A stretch of DNA of 64,000 bases, from NCBI GenBank assembly GCA_965277715.1, contig OZ255836.1:192001-256000 (forward strand), read 5' to 3'. Every line of letters starts with the position of its first letter. Position 1 is the stretch's first letter. This stretch comes from Gammaproteobacteria bacterium. GTDB taxonomy: Bacteria; Pseudomonadota; Gammaproteobacteria; JBCCGL01. The position numbers and the translations under genes are program-made. Of the stretch, positions 60,888-64,000 are shown piece after piece. The notes under the pieces were generated by a model. The model made no database searches. It had not been told where the DNA came from and was given only the letters and a program-made list of their open reading frames with translations.

Positions 60888-61339
60888 GTCAGGCGCCTGG
60901 GCAGGCAAACTAATTAGAACAAACAATAGCTAAAAGGACAGTCACTGAACCCTTTCTGGTTCAGTGAAAAAGCGAAGTAAGACATAGCTTATATTGCCTG
61001 GTTGCTCTAATCGTTCGTCGAACAGCAGCCTTTTAGCTGTCTTTTTTATGTGCTGACCACGAGCTGCTTTAGCTGATGCTGCTTAATGACCACATTGAGA
61101 AAATGGCAGATCATCTCCTGGTCGTGGTGTTTTAGCTGATCGACCTTTGGTATTGAGCTTGATCATTACTCAGCAACAATAGTGTCCACAAATAATTTTA
61201 TGGGTAAATACTATGGACAAACTGCTAGGGCACTCGATAAAATTTTCTATAGAGATAGTTGCCAATAGAATATTTATCCTAATTAAATTATAAAGGTATC
61301 TGCAAAAATGATGTCTACTTTGAAAAATTTATCCTTTTT

Positions 61340-61798
61340 ATGTGTTCTATTTTTTTTAGTTTGAATGCTCAATCTTCTGTAAATTATAAATATGTCGATA
61401 TATTTAATTCTTCAAAATGTTTCCTCATAAACCTTGACTTAAATCAGTTAATTTTAGATGGCATAGGAGGTTCGACATCTTTCTGTTCCAAAAAAAATAA
61501 ATATTTTTGCTTTTATAGTAAACATATTTCTTTTGCCATACCGAGAGGGAATTTTGAACTACAAAAAGAATGGGTATTTAAGAACATTCGCTATAGAAAC
61601 GAAGGAAAGAAAATAGTAAATTTTTTAGATAATTCAATCGAGATTTATAATATACTTGTCATAAAAAATAAAATTATCTATTCGTTTCTATATTCTAAGC
61701 CTCATGGCTTGATAGCTATAGGATTGTTTGACTCTTCGATGAGCCAAGGCCGTACTTATTTATTAGTTGGTAAATATGGTTTTGCTTTTCAGAAATAA
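61340..61798 (+). CDS. Putative immunity protein (5' end possibly frameshifted from ATG 61308)
   Basis: Very AT-rich ORF within the toxin array; partial signal peptide. Confidence 0.5.
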   Translation: MCSIFFSLNAQSSVNYKYVDIFNSSKCFLINLDLNQLILDGIGGSTSFCSKKNKYFCFYSKHISFAIPRGNFELQKEWVFKNIRYRNEGKKIVNFLDNSIEIYNILVIKNKIIYSFLYSKPHGLIAIGLFDSSMSQGRTYLLVGKYGFAFQK

Positions 61799-61827
61799 AA
61801 ACCCACGTGTAGCGTGCTATTTTTTGG

Positions 61828-62892
61828 AAATATACGGATCCTAGCGGGTATTTTTTAAAGAGCTTACTTAAAAAAGCATTCGGGAGACTTGCGGGTCTCA
61901 TATTAGGGTTGCCGGCGGCTTTGCAGTGACTTGAGAAGAAAGTTAAAAGAGCCGCTATTCGGGCTGTAGGTCCAAAAATTGCCAACCTCGTGGCGGCCAT
62001 TGGCTCAGCATTTTGTGGCCCCTATGCGGCGGCGGCGCTGTGTTATGCGACGGCGCAATACGACATAGCCAGAGCGCATGGGGCTTCGCCCTCGGAAGCC
62101 GCTAGAGGTGCCGCTGTAGCGGGGGTAACGTATTATCTTGGCCAACAAGCCAGTAGTTGGGTTGGTTCAACCTTTGACATTAATGCTGGTGCAGGTCAGT
62201 ATGCCTTGAATGTGGCTGCTAATGGTGTGGTTGGTGGTACTTTGACGGTTGCGCAAGGCGGAAAGTTTGGTTATGGGTTTGTTTCGTCGGCCTTTGCTGC
62301 AGGGGCAAAGTCGTTGAATTTTGATATTTGGGGGAAGTCCGCTAATTATAAAATTCATCGGACGGTTACTGCTGCGGTGATTGGGGGGACGGCATCTAAG
62401 CTTGGTGGGGGGAAGTTTGCAAATGGGGCGGCTAGTGCAGCGTTTACTCATCTGTTTAATGCAGAGTGGAGTGCTAAGCGAAATCCAGCAAAACAAATAG
62501 CCGATAAAGCCTTGGAAGATGAGCATTTAAGTTGGGGTGAAGCCAATAAGATTTGGCGCAATAATGATGCCCCGAACTTTGAGGTTACCGTTGATGCCAG
62601 TCAGTTAACGGTTGAGCAAACAAGTGATTTCAATGAAAATGGGATTGCAACAGGAAAAGTTCAGGGTAGTGATTGGCTTGTTCATGGCTCAGTCACTTTA
62701 AGTAGGGACGCTCAAGGTAATATTACTCTTCCACCTGGCCCATATGATTTTCAGCCTCATGGTTCATTTTTGAGTCGTCCAGTTCGTAACTTTGAAACTT
62801 ATGGTGGTTTTTATATGGCTTCCAATGCTGGAATATCAGTAGGGACAGATTTTCTAATAAAGTATTCAGGGCACCCTAATGTTATTAAATAA
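61828..62892 (+). pseudogene. Orphan Rhs module: core end, glycine-rich pre-toxin region and toxin tip
   Basis: KYTDPSG (Rhs DPxG) in frame with ORF 61990-62892, TGA at 61927; KLGGGKFANGAASAAFTHLFNAE junction. Confidence 0.75.
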
Positions 62893-63277
62893 GGTAATTA
62901 AATCTGTTTTAATTGTATTTGCTTTTTTTGTGTTTCTATATCTTTTAGCTAGCCAATTACTGGGGCCAGGTGTTGGGGATTTCTCTACTTCAATTGCCAA
63001 TGGATATAAGTATGAATATTTAGGTGGCAATGAAAGGGTTGTTGTTTATCAAGGAGAAGAGCGTTCAAACACAATTATTATTGACTCCAGGGTTGATGAT
63101 TATTTTATTGAAAATAATAATTTATTAGTTGCACGGCGACCTAGGGAAATATACAAAGATCATGGCATAACAAAAAGTCGCCTCTCTAATAATTGTGAAT
63201 ACTGGGTTATCAACATTAAGACGCATGAAGTCAAACAAACCACTGATTTTGGTGGTTTACGTTGCAAAAAAAACTAA
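62879..63277 (+). CDS. Putative immunity protein with N-terminal TM (DUF3997-like)
   Basis: Overlaps the toxin stop; GPGVGDFS..NGYKY, YWVIN. Confidence 0.65.
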   Translation: MLLNKVIKSVLIVFAFFVFLYLLASQLLGPGVGDFSTSIANGYKYEYLGGNERVVVYQGEERSNTIIIDSRVDDYFIENNNLLVARRPREIYKDHGITKSRLSNNCEYWVINIKTHEVKQTTDFGGLRCKKN

Positions 63278-63382
63278 TTAGGACATGCAGAGCGCCGAGG
63301 TAAATCGGCAAGAGATCGGAGGTGAAAGTCCTCTACACGGTAAGTTTAAGGTCAAGGAAGGCAGGTGTTGAATTACTGGTTT

Positions 63383-63861
63383 TTGCAAACGGGGCACAGA
63401 CTGCCGCTTTTGCGCATTTGTTTAATGCGGAGGGTATCCTTAAGAAAATGATAGACAGTACGAGTGAAGCAATAGATCACTATTACAATGGTAATGGTGA
63501 ACAGGTAGAGCTTGGCCCTAATACTAAAAGTGCCTTGATAAACCATCCCTCAGTAGTTCGTCAATCTAATGCTCTTAGAAGTGGTACAGCAAAGCACTTG
63601 AATAGCAACTTAGGAGTTGACATGACGGGTGATGTCTTTCATGTAGGAGATACTGCTGTTGTGTTTACTACCAGTTGCTCATCGAGCGAATGTACAACTA
63701 ACTATACAGGTTTTGTTGAGGCACATAATCCTGGGATGCCAAATATTACTGGTTCAGATGGGTTTAGAGATCCCCTGAGTTTAGGGTTTGAGATTGGTGG
63801 TACTCCTTATGACTATTCGCCCTATACATGGTCGGAAACTTATCCAAATAGGTTTAAGTAA
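63383..63861 (+). pseudogene. Orphan toxin tip, paralog of 60068-60595
   Basis: FANGAQTAAFAHLFNAE..IDSTSEAI..WSETYPNRF. Confidence 0.72.
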
Positions 63862-64000
63862 TGTTTACGTGGTTTATAGATTATGTTTATGCAGGATTGA
63901 TAATCCTTATTGTGGTTTTTTCTCCTTTTTTTATATGGATTATGCTAAGAAAAAATCTTGAATTTTTTATAAAAGCTAAAGTGGTTTTTGTTGCTTTAAT
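63861..64000 (+). CDS. Putative membrane immunity protein (runs off the window)
   Basis: TAATG overlap with the toxin stop; hydrophobic start MFTWFIDYVYAGLIILIVVFSPFFIW. Confidence 0.55.
   Translation, partial: MFTWFIDYVYAGLIILIVVFSPFFIWIMLRKNLEFFIKAKVVFVAL

Noticed and set aside
61050-61268. Possible XRE-regulator tail (minus strand) and a further toxin 3' stub (plus strand, ending 61268)
   Set aside because: Fragments of about 30 codons, too short to call with confidence.
1-64000. tRNA, rRNA, integron integrase, phage integrase or intact reverse transcriptase
   Set aside because: None recognised by eye or in the ORF track; short RNA genes could have been missed without a covariance search.

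Overview
A 64 kb chromosomal window, probably from a marine gammaproteobacterium (inferred from the suhB-trmJ-cysE, sohB, rlmKL and acs genes). Housekeeping and catabolic genes (a carnitine/gamma-butyrobetaine cluster, a Rieske oxygenase, a PQQ-type dehydrogenase with a YncD/PqqU-like receptor) are interleaved with four accessory blocks. (1) 1-2107: an integron attC site followed by nested IS5 and IS1202/ISNCY-like elements. (2) 8582-15861: an island bounded by 153-bp direct repeats of the suhB 3' end, carrying a broken diversity-generating retroelement (DGR). It has two intact DUF1566/C-type-lectin target genes (one a 1279-aa cadherin/Calx-beta lipoprotein) whose 3' variable regions show the codon signature of adenine mutagenesis, a third eroded VR, and an apparent avd-start::RT-end deletion fusion; no TR or RT core is present in the window. 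(3) 42219-48615: an XRE + MmeI-like methyltransferase + SF2 helicase + GIY-YIG nuclease operon (yeeABC-like), a putative defence system. (4) 58065-64000: IS5/IS4 debris followed by an array of orphan Rhs-type toxin tips and immunity genes. Two dispersed short repeat families mark several junctions. All family assignments come from motif recognition by eye; no database searches were run.
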